Shown piece by piece: positions 63,420 through 64,000 of a stretch of DNA of 64,000 bases. Below the pieces are notes generated by a model. The model was given only the letters and a program-made list of their open reading frames with translations. It was not told the origin of the DNA and did not search any database. The first letter of the stretch is position 1; each line of letters starts with the position of its first letter. The position numbers were made by a program, and so were the translations under genes. Source of the DNA: Candidatus Poribacteria bacterium (lineage in GTDB: Bacteria; Poribacteria; WGA-4E; PCPOR2b). The stretch lies in NCBI GenBank assembly GCA_965223985.1, contig OZ245030.1:3282930-3346929 (forward strand), written 5' to 3'.

Positions 63420-64000
63420 CTATCGGCATAGCCTCCAATCGTCATGGGCAAGATCGTGGCAAACCGTTAGCTCGCGTCTAGAAGCGCACAGCTTAAAGTA
63501 AACCAGATGTTGTGGGCGTTCCGTCCACCAGTCGCCTTCGAGCTTCCAGACATCAATCACGCGGTCAAAATATAGCCACGTGTCGCCGCGTCGAATTGCT
63601 TCCGGAAACTCCATACCGCCAACTGTTTTTGACAGTATCGAAACGCGCTTGGAGTAGCCGCTGAGTTGTGTCTCATCTCCCCAAACCGTCAGCTGCTGTG
63701 CAGTGATGTCATCGGTTATTGGCGGGCCATAGAAAGTGGGTGTGGATGGGTCAACCCCTTTTCCTGACTCTGACATCATAACACCTTGCTTTCCAAACTG
63801 TCTGATTAGATCCGCCTTTTTGATGTTCGCCAACTGCCCCAAGGTGCAGAGCCCCAATCTGTCCAGACGCCGGAGAAGTTCGGCATCAATTGGCAAAAGC
63901 GAGACGCTCTGATTTGCCATGAAAGCCGGTGTTTCCTCTGATGATACGACACACGGCGCATCCGGCGCTGCGTTTTGCGCTGCGGCAAAACTGGCGAAAC
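63420..64000 (-). CDS. imuB: Probable ImuB (inactive Y-family polymerase-like mutasome subunit), C-terminal part. It either starts at the ATG at 63920 (166 aa) or continues 5' past the window end.
   Basis: The ORF stop abuts the dnaE2 ATG (TAG immediately followed by ATG at 63422-63417 on the minus strand), i.e. translational coupling in the canonical imuB-dnaE2 order. No diagnostic motif in the visible C-terminal region. Confidence 0.45.
   Translation of the reverse strand, partial: FASFAAAQNAAPDAPCVVSSEETPAFMANQSVSLLPIDAELLRRLDRLGLCTLGQLANIKKADLIRQFGKQGVMMSESGKGVDPSTPTFYGPPITDDITAQQLTVWGDETQLSGYSKRVSILSKTVGGMEFPEAIRRGDTWLYFDRVIDVWKLEGDWWTERPQHLVYFKLCASRRELTVCHDLAHDDWRLCR

Overview
This is a bacterial chromosomal segment with ~50% GC. 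The presence of SurA-like, DegP/HtrA, Tat-signal and prepilin-peptidase genes points to a Gram-negative-type cell envelope. The lineage is not identifiable from the sequence alone. One sign of an under-sampled lineage is the 16S 5' end, AGAGTATGATACCGGCTCAG, which has 3 mismatches to the universal 27F primer.

Housekeeping content in order:
- NFACT/RqcH fragment, DUF815 ATPase, an OTCase-like gene, a J-domain protein and sodA.
- A T-box-controlled ilvB-ilvN-ilvC operon.
- ogg, a GT4 glycosyltransferase, a SurA-like gene, DoxX and a HEAT-repeat protein.
- htrA, a TPR protein, an epimerase, a Tat-exported sulfite-oxidase-family molybdoenzyme, pilD and tRNA-Pro.
- hom-lysC, then yceD-rpmF-fabH-fabD-fabG-acpP-fabF (no plsX), then folK.
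- A complete rRNA operon on the minus strand: 16S, tRNA-Ile, tRNA-Ala, 23S, 5S.

Accessory or unusual content:
1. An island at 15.7-21.1 kb. It holds a DUF805 gene and a 1280-aa single-chain Type IIG restriction-modification enzyme. Both are bracketed by a short repeat family (core 'TGTAGGTTGGGT...GAGCGATCAACTGAGCGAAT' plus a hairpin) and by MITE-like elements with 'GTAGCGAAACCCAACG' inverted termini. The same repeats recur at 8.35 kb and 56.35 kb.
2. A locus at 36.2-47.7 kb with six paralogous secreted Laminin_G_3 (LamG) proteins sharing a conserved C-terminal tail. Two are pseudogenised. They bracket a polytopic membrane protein, a GH-A-like glycosidase and an amidohydrolase.
3. A degenerate IS3-family remnant upstream of the rRNA promoter.
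4. An imuB-dnaE2 mutagenesis cassette next to an SRAP (YedK/HMCES-like) gene. The 5' part of the SRAP gene and its promoter are duplicated. The duplicates flank a 2.4-kb insert with three small membrane-protein genes, one carrying a C9 homopolymer that toggles between two reading frames.

The candidate novel system I rate highest is the LamG paralog array locus. The SRAP-flanked small-membrane-protein insert comes second.
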